From Lama guanicoe (lineage: Eukaryota), in contig MU054187.1 in NCBI GenBank assembly GCA_013239625.1, positions 15,224,974-15,288,973 of the forward strand: a DNA stretch of 64,000 bases, read 5' to 3'. Below are positions 23,225 through 37,385 of the stretch, in pieces. The notes under the pieces were generated by a model. It was not told the DNA's origin and searched no databases. It saw nothing but the letters and a program-made list of their open reading frames with translations. How positions within the stretch are numbered: position 1 is the first letter of the stretch; each line of letters starts with the position of its first letter. The translations under genes and the position numbers were made by a program.

Positions 23225-25599
23225 CTCTGATTGTAAGAACTCTAATCAATTATCACATTGAGAAGGACGTATCATTTGCTTAAATGCAGTTACAAAAAAA
23301 GTGTACGTGAAGGACGCTCGTAATTTGTGGAAATTAAGTGATGGGTTTCACTATTCAGTAGAAAATGATGTGGCCAGAAGTGTTCATTACATCTTATTAC
23401 CATCATGAAAATTTCCGTAACCGCTCAAGTCCAAAAGGATCTCCCATTTCAACCTCCTAGAAAAATCACTTAATTTGACAGTTAATATAGAAAAGTTTTA
23501 CCTAAGTCTTCTGTCTGTTCTTTATTAAGTAGGCAGGATTTCCTAGGATGTTATGTGAATTCTAAAGCCCCTTCAGAGGGTTGGATGAATAACAACTTGT
23601 TGGACACTGAATAGTGGACTGTAGGCTGTGGTAGGCAGCCTTCAAGATGGCTTCCAAGACCCCACATTGACTTGTGCCTTCAAAAAACTAATCAGACCTC
23701 CTTGAAAGCAAGGTGGCTCGATGTTCTTTGGATATTTTGTTGTTTTAAGTGACTGTGGGAAATGACGTAATAAATGTTATAGGGTGTGGAAACATCTCCA
23801 GCTAAGAAGGATGCTAAAATGTTTACAGTATTCCTTCCCTATCCTTACTTCTAGCCTGGAAAATGCAGTTATGAAATGGCATCCATCACTCTGTACATTA
23901 GGTATGATTGGAAGGCATCAGAGTTTAATCCAGAGATTCTCAGCCCTCACCGCCGTGAGGGACAATGTTTATTACAAACCAAGTATCAAGAAAGTATGGC
24001 CAAGTATCAAGAAAATATCAAGAAACTTTAACTTATATTGTGCCATCCATTAAGACATATTAAATTACTGTAGAAAGGAAATGATTTGGCTATTACAGAG
24101 GAACAAAAAGAGTTACTGGCATTAGCCAATTAAGTCAGCTAAAAACCAGGAGCATTTTAATTATTTTTTTCTGGCCATTCCTGGAAGTAGTCCCCCTCAA
24201 GGGTAGCATTTTCTCACTGAAATAACAAGAGCAACAATGCTGGCACCGTTACTTAATTATGTCTAACGCATTTAGTAAGTTTATTCTTCCAAGAAAAAGT
24301 TGGGAAGGTAGGAATTTGGTGCCACCATCAGAGCATATCCGATTATACTAACGAGGAAAAAAATGTTACATTTCAAGCCTTAATCTTTGTGATGATTGGC
24401 CATAGGCCATTGGAATACACCACAGAGATGCACGTGATTTCTAGGTACAAACTTTAAACTCACACACTGAATTTAAAGTGGAGATTATGGAGAGAACTAA
24501 GCAATTCCCTCAAAAGTAAAGAGGGCTTTAAGTCTGCAAAGCATGGATTACACATGGGCTGCTAGGAAATCCTTAAAGAGGCCTATAATACGAGGTAAAC
24601 ATGGAGATATCCATTGTCTTGGCAAATATTTCACTTTGTTAATGGGCCAGTCTTTATCAAGGCATTCCACAAGTCTAGGGAAAGCCCATGCCAACATCTT
24701 CCTCTCGAATGTGAAAAGCTGAGCAAAACCTTTAACCCCTTGTTACTACAATAGACTGGCAAGTGCTTCCACACTTCCTGGATGATGCATTGTGTCCTAT
24801 AGCCGAAACAAAACAGACCAGGTTCCTGTAGGAAAGAATAATCCTTAAATGTGATGTTCCCTGCTCCTGGAAGATCACGGTGGGTTCACCCAAGACTTAC
24901 GCTTGGTGATGTTACCATAATAATAACTGCTTAAAATCAAGTCACTATTGTGAACACTTGCATCATGACTTTGTGTTACTAGGAAATCAAACTAGTGAAG
25001 AAGTTTAGCAAGTTCTTCATACTTGTTAAATAGAAGAATGCAGTTTTTGTTTTGACAGCAAATGACAGAGAAATTTCATGTAATTGAACCACACAAAGTG
25101 TGTTATTATTGCCTAATAGATTGGTCTAGTGGGAGAGAAAGAAAGTACAATTTTGTAAAGCAATAGCATTGATGGTTTTAAAACTGGAATTGACTCACTC
25201 ATTAACTGGATTAACTCCATGGACTTGTTTTTCACTGTGAGAATTGTTTGTAAAATCAAAGACCATGATATAGGGAGACAGGAGGAATAAAACTGAGAAA
25301 AAGCACCATTTAACCAATGAAATAATGCTTATTCTCCTGGTATCCAGCTGACCACCTATCTTTTGCTTTGGAATCATATTGGTAGTGAGCACACTGAAGT
25401 CAACGCAGGGGAGGGGGAAGAAATAAGAAAGCTCATGTGGAAAGTTACCAGGGAAGCTTTTGAATCCTTTTGGGTTGTTTAACTGGGGTAACCTTTACCG
25501 TTATCTTCTTGGGTAAATCTGGAACATTTAACAAAAGCAACATTAATAGTAATATTGATCTCCCGATCTGAAAAAAGTTTTCTGACAGGTGATTATACA

Positions 25600-25760
25600 T
25601 ATTATTGAATTTTATCCTAAGAACAGATGAACATCATTATGCAAATTGTACAGATGAGGAAGGTGAGGTTCAGAAGGCTAAGTTTCTTGTCCAACTAATT
25701 GGTCAGTGATTAGTAAGTAACAGAACTAAGACTCAATACCAGATCTATCTTATTATACAA
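25600..25760 (-). mobile_element. MIR SINE
   Basis: TACAGATGAGGAAGGTGAGGTTCAGAAGGCTAAGTTTCTTGTCCAA. Confidence 0.7.
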
Positions 25761-28663
25761 ACCATGTTGCCTTGCCACAGCTCTGTGTGACTACGTAAGT
25801 ATACACTCATATACACATAAATGTATACGAATATATGTATACATACATATGCACAGTTTTATGGCATAATGTACCAGAGACAGATGAACACTGTAGCTCT
25901 GATGCTAACTTACCACATAAGTTATATCTTTTTGTATCTTTGGCTTTGGTTTTTTCAAGTTTTCAAAATCAGAACAACTTGTCACCAAATAATATTTAAA
26001 ACTGTTTCAAATTGTTGGCTTCGTGTAGCTGCCAAATTAAAGGACAAATCCAGGCCAAGGGAAAAACATGCCCCGAGAGAGAGAACAGGTTCCAACAGCT
26101 GAGAAGAGGGTCGAGGAGGGTGTGCGGGTTCCTCCAGCCACGGCAGATCTTTTGAAGAGTGAAAGAAAGGATGTCTGCGTTTCATGGGCTTTGCTCTGCG
26201 TTGTTTAGTATAAAAAGGCCTTTGATAACCACGCTCTTTTTGGCTGTACCTTTTTCCTTTTCTCTGCCAAATTTTTGGAGAAACCAAGATCTTGGAAACC
26301 AGTCAGTGAAACTCAAAGGCCCTCCTTGAAAATAAATGGACATAGTCAGTAAATGTATTCAAGGAGGGTCCTTGAATGTATTTACAGTAGTGTTTCCCAA
26401 AAGCATTAGAAGCAAACTCTTTACACTGAGACCACCAGGGCACTCTGTTTTCTACAGGCAAGAGTGTTGACATTTGTCTTTATTTCCCTATAGTTGGTTT
26501 AGATGAAATCCAGGAACTCGGGGGCTTGGGAAAACACCATGGGTGGTTTGTTGTAATGCATTCTCCTCTAGGAGTCTGTTGCCAGCCTGGAGAGCTGCTC
26601 CTTTTTTTCCCCCAACCCCAGGCATACACCCTGTGGCCAGAGAGCCAAATAATATGAGCCAAAAGTATTTTCAATAGAAATACCAGGAAAATGCTGTTAC
26701 TCGTGGCATGGAAAAAGCAAAGAGAACGAAGGCCAACTTTATGATGATCTGAAATCTAGAGCTTTGAAGCAGGAAGGTGTAAGCCCAGCCTCATGTACAG
26801 GAGGAAGAACATTCCTGCTTGCCAATGAGAAAAGCTCAAGGTAATGTTTCTCGTCATGTTTTTAAAATGAAACATGTCACATTTAGTATATTTTAAATGA
26901 ATACCTTCAGAAGAACTTATCAGAAATTGAATTGTCATGAATAGTTACATGAATGTTTTAACCTGTTTGTTTAGGAAGTAGTTACTAAGTGTCTGTTTCT
27001 ATGTGAGGTATTCTTGGAGGTTGTAGAAAGGCCACTTTCTTCTAGACCTAAGGAGTTATTACATTATATTGTCACCGTCTGTGTGACTTCCGTCAGATAA
27101 AGCCTCATTTGGGGCAAGGGAGGGCCCATTTCACTTGCTGTTTCCATAACCCAAGGCATTTTTATTGGTTTATAAAGCCTGAGATTTCAGGGACCTACCA
27201 TCAAGTAGGAGAGTTAAACAGTTGTGCTCACCAACATGAAACTAGCTCCGAAACATCGAGCCATGTTACTGGTGGGGCCAGTCTCTGGTATTACAGTTCA
27301 GAGATGGCTGCTGTGTTGGGGATGAGGGGAGAGCAGGAAACGTTCAAAAGGAAGTGATGCGTACACTGGGCACTCAGAGAGACAGATGGGGTGTCGACAG
27401 GTAGAGGAAATAATAAGAGCCTGTAATAAGGACGAGGTACAGGAACTGGAAAATTAATCCTGTCCTTTGAGATGAATTCTCACGAAGTTCAGTTCTAAAC
27501 ACAAGTTGAGGTGGCATGTTCTGGCGGAAAACAACAAACAATAAAGCAGTTTTAGAGTCAGGTGGATGCAGCTTCCACGCCTGGCATGGATTCTTACTAG
27601 CAGCGTATTATCTCAGGTGCGCTGCCTATCCTGTGTGAGACTGACACCTGTGGCTATCAAATGAGACAACTGGTGCTGTGTTAATTTTTGACGATCCCCA
27701 CTGACTTCAGTATTGCTTTTTATAGAGAAAAAGGTCAAAATAAACACTTGGTGAATGAATGCTCACCCAAAGAACAAAAAATTAAATAAAATGGCACAGA
27801 AGTGCCAAGTTCGTACCACTCACTACATAATGGTTCTGTAGCTTTCTCCTGTCTCTTTCCTGTTCATTAGACTTTGTTATCTTTGCATTGCATCATCTAC
27901 ATTCCTTGACCTTTCCAAATGCCTTTCCTATTATTTTTCTGTAAACAGCTTACATTACTACCAAGTATCTCAGGTGTATATACATAGTTACCTGTATATT
28001 ATTCATACCTGTGTCTTAAACTGTATCCTTTTCCTGTATTATTATTTCCTCTCATCTCCATATGTCTAAAAACTGGCCTATCTTTTAAGCTCCAGCTCAG
28101 ATACTAGCATTGCAAAGAATTCTTTGACTCTTGAGAACCAGATTAGTCCTTCCTTTCTCTGAAATTCCTTAGCAACGTATGTAATTGGGTACTATGTTTA
28201 CCCATACACATGATTAGTTTTTCCTCTTTTATACTTTATACCTGTTGAGGACAGGGCACATTTCATAATCATCTTACATGTTCTATTAGGTCAAACTTAG
28301 CATTCTGTGAGAGTAGAGTCTGAATATTACTTGAGGAGAAAACTTAAAAGTTCTGGTAAAACTTTAGTTAAGCAGTTGGAAATATTTTGTGGACACCTGG
28401 GATATACATTTGGAAATCTTTTTCAAATAGATAATAATTGTATGATAAGAGAGTGGATGAGTTATTGAAGGGAGAAAATTAAAAAGAAAAAGAACTAAAG
28501 AAAAAAAATATAGCCAAATTAACACTTAGGTCTAGTAGATCAGCATGACACCATAATTGTTTCTTCGCTCCCAAATTCCCAGTGAGACATCCAATACCAG
28601 ATAGAATTAGCGTGAAATCTACATCAGCCTCAGCACTGGAAGGGAGGGCAGCATGCTGCAAAC

Positions 28664-29226
28664 TGTTAGTCATTTTCCTCCAGAGAAAAAGAACCAATGG
28701 GATACTTATATACATATATTTACACACATATATAAATATGTGTATATAAAAATATTTACTCATATATATGCATATACATATGCATGTGTGTATGTGGGAA
28801 GGAGAGAAAGACAGAGGGATTTATTTTAATGAATTGTCCTTATTTTAATGCAATCTGGGGGGCTAGAAAGTCTACAATCTGTAAGGCAGGCTAGCAGGCT
28901 AGAAATTCAGGGTTAATGTTGCGGTGCTGATTCTGAAATACTCAAAGCACGAGAGCTGGCTGGAAGCTTAGGTAGAATTTCTATGTTGCAGCCATGAGAC
29001 AGAATTTCTTCTCTGGGGAACCTCAGTCTTTGTAATGAGGCCTGCAGCTGACTGAATGAAACCCATCCCCATGAGGAAGGGTCGTTTGCTTTGCTTAAAG
29101 TCAACTGATCATAAATGTTAATTACGTCGAATAAAATGCACTTGCTGCAAAAAGATAGACTAGTGTTTGACCAAATGACTGAACACCCTGGCCTAACCAT
29201 GTTGATGCATAAAATTAGCCATCACA
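28664..29226 (-). mobile_element. MLT2 (ERVL) solo LTR
   Basis: CTCCAGAGAAAAAGAACCAATGGGAT, then a TA-rich tract, CTTAAAGTCAACTGAT, ending CATAAAATTAGCCATCACA. Confidence 0.85.
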
Positions 29227-31099
29227 GATAGCCTTAGATGAATGGGAACAGTCGCCCTGGAAGATTTACGATATCTGACCCCAGCACTTTTTTTTTTAAA
29301 AGACAAATATTCTTTAATTCCTGTTAAACTAAATATAAAATTACTGTTCTCTAGGCAACCAACTTTTGCTTATAATCACAATTTAATTTCATGTTAACAA
29401 AACAAAAGCAGTGAAAAGACAACTTTGATTGTGTAGACCTAATTACAAAATTAAATAATTCATACAAGTATTTTTCTGTGTGACTTTTCTGAAGGGTTTG
29501 CATTCATTAAAGCCCTAGAGGCTAATTCTGGTTTAACCTTCTCCAGTATAGGAATGACTCTTGATTTGTTTCCTTTCATTACAGAGGCAAATTTTGTTTT
29601 TGTTTTTGTGTTTCAATTGCCTGAGAGGGAGAAGTTATGTCACACCCCCACCAATTAATACACTAAGTAAACGACAAACTCTGAAACTCTCCCCAACTAT
29701 TTCCTGGGTAATTTATGTAACAAAGCATGAAAGAAAAGGCTTTGGTAGAGGATAAGCAACTTGACCTCCTGAAAAAGAGTGGGAGTGGAACCTGAGCAAT
29801 CCAGGACAGAGCCCTTTAGTCGGAGTGGTGAAGGTTACGGGTGAGAATGTACTGAGTCAGGCAGGAGACTCATTCCATGGGCTCCATCTGGCCAGTGTTG
29901 ACTCACAGACCTCGTGCCACCCAGCAATGCATTAATGTCTTAAAGTGTTCTATTGACAACTGTGCCAACACTGAGCAGAGGACTGTGCGCTGCAAGCCGC
30001 CATTTTTCATGAGTCCTAGTCTCATGAGAAGCACGTATTTGCTGAGGATGTTTTATTTAGTCATCCTTAGAAAAGTACTTCTTCAATCTGTACGTCAAGT
30101 TTCACAGGAAATGTGCTGAGTCCTGTAAGGGACTGCTGAAGAGGTTTGTCAAAAATGTTCAAGGAGGCACCTCCAGGTTCAGACCCAAAGAATAAACATT
30201 TGGCAAATAGATCTCCCTTTGCAAGTACAGTATTTAGTGAGAAGCACAGGGTGGAGCTTTGCCACAGCATTGCTCATGTTGTGTCCAAAGGATCTGACTT
30301 CCCATTTTAGAAGATGTGAAGTAAATCTCCTGTTAGAAATAGCTTTAGAAAACAGACAAAATAACAACAAAACAATAGGGCTCTCAACGAGAATATCCAG
30401 CAAAGTTAGATACAAAGAAAGGAGAGGAATGTGGACAGGAAATATGAAAAACATGGCGGCTAAATCATTTAAAACAACAGTGGATCAGGCTAGACATTGT
30501 GGAGAAAAATACTGGTAAACAAGAAGGTAAATTCAATTTTTTTTTCTGGAACAAAAACTAAAATAATAGGATTAGAATGATAATAAGTACAGAGGACTCA
30601 ACCTAAAGACCCAACATAGAAATGAAAGGACAGAAAAGATGGGAGAAAAACAACATTCAGAGGAATAAAATATTCTTTCAGTCCAAAGAAACATATCAAT
30701 TTGTATCTTAACTTTCTGTGTTATGTTTCCAGCCCTAAGAAAATGTCACCTAAACACAGTCATGAGGGTTCTGTCATTCCCATGGGGGGGACAGGGGTCA
30801 ATTGAGATGTCTTCTAAAGCGAGTACGTATATTCCCATTATCAGCCTGGGGCAGGACATGATGGCAGGGAGGGGGATGTGTATTTTGGATGTGATGAGGG
30901 GTGAACCTGTGTCTTTTTCTCAAACTTCAGCCCTAAGACCTGGAGAGGCTGGCGTGTTTCTGGTGGTGGCAGATGAAGAGCAAATCAAAATAAGGTACAG
31001 AGGAATGAGACAGTCAGGCTTGGCATGGTGTGACCGAGCACTGAAATGATTCAACACGTAGAGATACATAGCACAATTACTTTCTATTTTTCTTTTAAG

Positions 31100-33050
31100 G
31101 AGACCAATGCTTTTTTTTTTTTTAATTGGTGGTATTTACAACTCTACCTGAATTAACAAAATCTGGTAAAGGAGAGAGAGCAAAACAAAACACTGAAACT
31201 CTCCTCTTAAAAAGTGATTTAAAAATTGATATGTTATTGACTTTGACATTTAGTTTAAACAAATATTTGAAAATGTCTTTGAAAAATTATGCAACTAGAG
31301 TTAGGATGTCTAATAACACACACATATGGAAATTTTTAAATTACAGAAGTGAAAGAAAACACTAAAAAAAGAATATAATACAAAAAGACAGGAACATGAA
31401 TAAGTGTAAAAATACGATAATACTTATGAAAAGATCAAATTATTAAGTGAAAGACTGTCCGATTATAAGTTAAATCTAATGTTATATTTGCTGCTAGTTA
31501 AACAAACTTGAAATTGTTAAACCAAACTGAAACCTTAAGAAAAAAAATTAATAATCAAAGATATGTGAAATAATTTTTCAAGAAACTATATTTGTGAAAA
31601 CAGACAGTATTTTTATCACCAAAGGGTAAAATTCCTAGTAAAGACTCAATAGTTATGATCATATCCATGCACCTAGAAGTAGATGCTAAACATGGACAGA
31701 TCAAAGATCATCTAAAATATGAGGGAAAACTGGCAAATTTGTTCTGGGCAAAGATTTTAGAATGTATTTTTAATTTACTATTTAACTTAACTATTGTCAA
31801 TAAGCCAAAATGGATCCTACTTTCAGTTTATTGCAGAACAAGATAAGTAATAACATAGATGTTTTGAAAAACATACAAAATAAAGCTGATTAGTTGCTGG
31901 GTATAAACTTTCCCTATAAATTGGAAAATTTTAAAATATATATTTTCTATTGTTCCATGGGACATTTACAAAAACAGACTACATAGCAGGGCATAAAGAA
32001 AACCACAGTAAACTCAGTAAAGCAGTAATGGTGCAGGACACCTTTTCTGGCCACCAAATGACAAAACCAGAAAACTACAATAAATTTAAAAGTATGAGAC
32101 ATTCTATAAAATAACAGTCCCATAAACAATTTTTGGATCAAAGATTAAACTACGTTTTAGTAGCACATTAATACCAAGATAATACCACATCTCAAAGCTT
32201 CACATAGAAAGCAAATTATAATCTTAAATAATTTCATTATTAAAGTAGAAAATAAAGGGAAGCTTTAAATTATTTATGCTTCCATGTTTTCAATGAGCAT
32301 GTACTACATATTTTAATTAAAATGTAAGATTTTTATGTTTGAAACAGTTTAATTTTTTAAATAATTCAACAATCTAGAAAAAAACAGTATAAACCCAAGG
32401 AAAGCAAAAAGAAGGAAGGTCTATTTAAAAAGTTTATATAAATTCCACACAAATTAGTTAGGAAAGAAACATAGACTTTAACAAAAAATAGGAAATGGGT
32501 AAATGTGCAGTTCCCAAATAGCTAATATAAGATCCTGTTTCAACTTGCCACAAATTAAGGAAATGCAAATTATACCAGTAATGGTATCCTATGTTTTTTC
32601 TTACGAGATTGACAAAATTTAAAAACATAATACTACCTACTTAATGGTGGCAAACCTGTGGTGACCCAGGACTTCTAATACAATACTGATATGATTGTAA
32701 ATCATATCACTTTAAACTTTCTGGAAAGCAATTTGGCAACATGTATCAAGAGGTTTCAACATGATTTTCTCTGTTTATAGACTAAGTCCATTTCTAGCAA
32801 TCTATTATAAAGCAATGTTCTGAAATATGGACATGTATATTTGCCAAAGTTATTATCAACATGTTCAACAATTGAGAAATTGTTAAGATATGCTATCTCC
32901 ACATAATGGCACAGTATGCAGAAATTAAAATAATATTTACCAAGAAAATTTAGTGACATGGGAAAATGAAAGCGATGTTGTAGTGTATGAAAAAAAAGGA
33001 TTCAAATCAAACTGTATTTGTAATTACCATATCTTAAGTTCTTTCAACAT
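31100..33050 (+). mobile_element. Highly decayed L1M ORF2 fragments
   Basis: A-rich + strand with L1 remnants (CCATGGGACATTTACAAAAACAGAC, AAGGAAATGCAAATTATACC, TTTCTGGAAAGCAATTTGGCAACATGTATCAAG). Confidence 0.65.
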
Positions 33051-36000
33051 GCTGTAGCATTTTAAAATAAGGAAAAATAATGTAATTAATAATTATTTTT
33101 TAAAACACATAATTTTTCACTTGAAAATTAAGTACTGTTACCATCCTGCCATCCTTGCAACTCACACCATCATTCAATACTTCAGGTATGAAGTGTGAAG
33201 GGAAAATCACATACCAGTGGTGGTGCCAGGAGTATTATCTAGGTGGTGGCACAACCTGGAGCAGGCATGTTGGTGGCAGTGATAATTACCAAGAGACTTG
33301 CCCACAATAAAGGTACAGTTTGGAGGGAGGGGTTGGAGCCATAGCGTGGACTGACCCTTTCCTCACAGATGCGTTCTTGAAACGCACATCAAATGATGCG
33401 TAAGTCTGAAACACTTCAATGGGTTCCTTGTTTTTCTTAGACTAGAGGCAAAATTCTCTTATTTATAAGTTGACTGCACATTCCAATCAGTCCTATATAG
33501 TTTCATTTGACATCATTTCTCTGAGAAAATTATTTATAGTGTTCCTCTTTACTCTCGAATGGGTCCTGTTCAGATAACAAATTACACGTCACTCTATTTT
33601 CATGGTCTCCAAGGTTTAGGCTGGTTGGCCTCAATGTGTATCCCTAAACTCAGTTCTATTTCTATGTTTCTCTCTGCTGCAGTCACTCTGACCTCCCTCA
33701 AAACCCTCTTATTTATTTGACTGTCTTCATAGAGCTGGTAATTTTTGGTGGGAGGGTGCCGACATTGGGTGTTGCCGTGATGGGAGGGAGAAGTTGAGCA
33801 CAAAGAAAAGTGCAGGATGGAATTAGGGAATTTTTTCTTTAGGATCTTTGATTGGCTTTAGAAAGAAATATACTCTGAATTTGGAGCATGAGGGGCAGAG
33901 CTGCAGTGGAAAGCAGAGGGTTATATGTGTTTCCTGAACACAGGTATGAAAATATATACAGTATCACTAAGGGTCCAGGGGTGTAGACATCTTAATGGGA
34001 ACAGGTAGGGATAAATTATGGCAAGTGCAGCCTCAGTAATTCAGTTAGTAGAGAGAAGGGAGAAGGAAGGGAAGAAGGCGGACCTACCTAAGGGGCTGGC
34101 CCTGATAAAAGCAGTAGGATGATCAACTGCCCAGAGCACACTGAGGAGGGGTTTCAGACCTAGTTCAAGCTTTCATGAAGTCAGTGGCCGTGGGAGAGCA
34201 TTTGGTTTACAAGGCAGACTCACAGAGGCAGTATCCTATACTCAAAGTTACACTCAAGGTGATTGTGGAACTCCACCTATTCACAGGAGGAGAAACAGGA
34301 GACAGAATCCAGCCTGCCAGGGGAGGAGGCCAACCAAACTAGAAACAATCTGGGCTCAAGATGTCTTCGTTCCTTAAGGGGAATGAGCTTGTCGATCAGA
34401 GTACAGGACAGGAACCGTACCTGGTTCACAAGTGAAGTGGAGAGAAATCACCCAGAATCCTAAGACCCAGGGCTAGAGTTGGTAACTAGAATTCACCATT
34501 ATGGACAACAAGGTCCAATTTCAAGATCCATTAGATGCAAAATGTGAGGCTTCTGACATATGGACTCAATGCCCTGTCTGGAATGCATCTGGACCCATAG
34601 ATAGAACTGAAAAACAAACCCTGCTGAGGGAACCTGGCTAGGAGAAGGGAAAGGAAATAGGGCAGTGGGTGGCAACCAATAGAAGGAAGGGAGGGAGGGA
34701 GGAGGAAACAGAGACTTAGGAAGCTCGAAGATAAGGGACAGTGTGTAACAGAGACTTGACTGCAACTGAAACTAAATGCTCACAACTTGTGGAAACTCAG
34801 CAATAGGAGAAATACTGTTGATCCTATATTTTTTTGCTTTGTTATTCAAATTAAAAATTCCCTGCTATTAACACAAAACTGAAAAGCCCAGTCTTTCTCC
34901 CAGTATTATCATAATTGTTTTTAGGCACCATATTAGAAGATAGAATAAAATAAGCAGTTTTTTTTAAACAGATTTTTTTGCTACTCTGCCTGGGAACACA
35001 TATATATGAAGGTCTAGTCTAAGACTCAGTTTAAAAATAATATTTTAGTTGGACCAAATACTCTTGTGATTTACACCTAATGTTACCCTTAACTCTGACT
35101 AAAAGCCAAAGTTTAGCAACAAAAAAGAAAACCAGTGTAATTTCCTGGTTCTGAGTAACACTGAAAAGCTGAGAAAGAGACTAATTTAGGGTCCAAGGGA
35201 GCTTTCCCATCTTGTCATCAGACATCTGCAGATTGATAAACTCTGGTTCTGACTCTCAAAGTCTAAGAAGTTTCCCATGTATATTGCTAATCCACTTATG
35301 ATAAGTAACTGAGCTAAAAGAATGAATCATTTCTTCCCTCATAAATCTTTGTGCATTTTCAATAATGCTCAGGAGAAGTTGAGCAAGCTAGATTTTGAAA
35401 ATACTTAAAAATGTGTAGCTTTTCTCACGAGTCTCTAATTTGTCTTATTACTTGAAGTTTCATGTAGTCTCCTGAAGTTCTGGCCTCTGTTACCCATGCT
35501 TTACAGGTTACAGCTCCTCTGGTTTTTCTCTCCGAATGCTTCTCCTCATATCAGGACTCACTGCAACCAGAGCTTCTGCAACCACCATTCCATTAAAATT
35601 TCACACTCAAATATGTGAAGTTACGTACTGGATGAATTCTTCTGTGGGAAAACCTTAGTTCTTTATTTGAACTGATTCTAATTCAGGACGTGAACATTAA
35701 TTTTAAGTGCATGCGTAAGAAATAAAAAGTGAGAAAATAAACTTTTACAACAAAAACCACCCCCCCAAAAGTGTAAATTATAATTTCAATGTAGATTATT
35801 TTTGTACTTACTAGTCATTGTTTGGATAGCCTGATTAGCTATGCTACAGTTCACTTCTATTATGTCACTATTTCAGAATTAAAGGTACTGACTTGTATCT
35901 CTGCTTTACCTTCGAATTAATGACATATATGATTCTCTCCTTAGGGAAGAGTAATGTTCATCGGAAACTCTTTACTAAGTCACATGTATTTGAGGAAAAT

Positions 36001-37164
36001 ATTTCTTAGATGGAGGAGAAGTCCCAGTGTTGCCTACTAGGATTTGGTATAGAAAGAAGTGTGTCCTTCCCCAAGTGCTTACAGAATGCAGTGTCAGAAG
36101 ATAGTGTGAAGAGGAAAGTAAATCAATTGAAGGAGAGAAAAAGGGAGGAAAGAGTATCAAAGGAAAAAGGATGAAGGAGCCAGATAACAGGGCAAATTTT
36201 AATGCTCAAATGATGCAGTGATGATATCACTAATAGGTTTACACTAGTAAAACTTCAGTTTAAAAAAAAATGTGGTGTTAATATTCCCCTCTACCTTTCA
36301 CTAGGGGTTTTTAAGAATTGCATCATCTGGGTATTCAGGCATGAAAATGGTTTTAAAAGTAAGGAAACATTTACTGGTCAACCTTTTTTTTTTCCTCCAT
36401 AGTCATTCATTCCTATAGCCTCTGAAATTACATTTTTTAAAAAGTCAGTTTAATTTTCTCAATGGAATCCACAGAAAAATATCATGAGTTGATTGATTTG
36501 ATATATCTAAGCAATTCTGATAAGATTGATTATTTTGATTTGTTACAAGTGAATTTTTGAGGTAATTTTGGTGCCTGGTCACCATGTTTGCTTTTTAGAC
36601 ACTGATCTCATTATTATAGATTCTGTTGAATATAATGACAATCAATTATTTAAAAGACCCAAGAAGAAAATTCTTATGTTTCCTTTAGGCCGTATTGTAA
36701 AGTTGGTACAATAATTCCCTGCAAGTTGTAAGTGTTTGTCCTTAATATTTTATTTCTAAACCCCTGCAGAATTAATCTTATGCAGAAATTTTAGTTCTAA
36801 ATTAAATTGCAAGTGTTTCCAGGACTTCATAACTTACTGATGTTTTTGAAAGTTGTCTAGAATTATTTATCAAATAAGTAACTGTCTTTTGACCAATAGT
36901 TTGTCGAGGGGCAACCAATATGCTGTGGACCTGCAATTGCTTGTATTTGTGATCACCAGCAGAAACCCCAGTTGGGAGATACAGTTTCCCAATAGCAAAG
37001 ATTTAAGATTAGTGTCGTGCAGAGTCCTAAAGATGGTTTGGAATACATTAGCAGGCAAGGTTCTCATACTTATCTAAAACATATCAAAACAATCTCTTTT
37101 TTTTGGCCTCACAAGAGACCTAGCCATCTGCAAAAGTTTTCCAGTTATACCCTATCCAGCAAAG

Positions 37165-37385
37165 CATAATCAGAACAAACACTGGACTTGGAGTCAAAAG
37201 AACTTGGCTGAAATCCCAGGTTCAAATTTATTAGTTTATTTAATCTTTGACAAGTTAATTTACCTTTTTAAGCCTTCATATACTGGAGTGTAAATTTAGG
37301 ATAACCATACTTACCTTAAAGGACAACTTTTCAGGACATTCCCGGTATAGAGCTAGCATGTACCAGATGCTCAATATGTGGTAGT
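37165..37385 (+). mobile_element. MIR SINE
   Basis: ACACTGGACTTGGAGTCAAAAGAACTTGG..TTTGACAAGTTAATTTACC. Confidence 0.7.

Noticed and set aside
26200..26225. TATAAAAAGG TATA-like box
   Set aside because: No convincing downstream exon or ORF; such motifs are frequent in AT-rich DNA.
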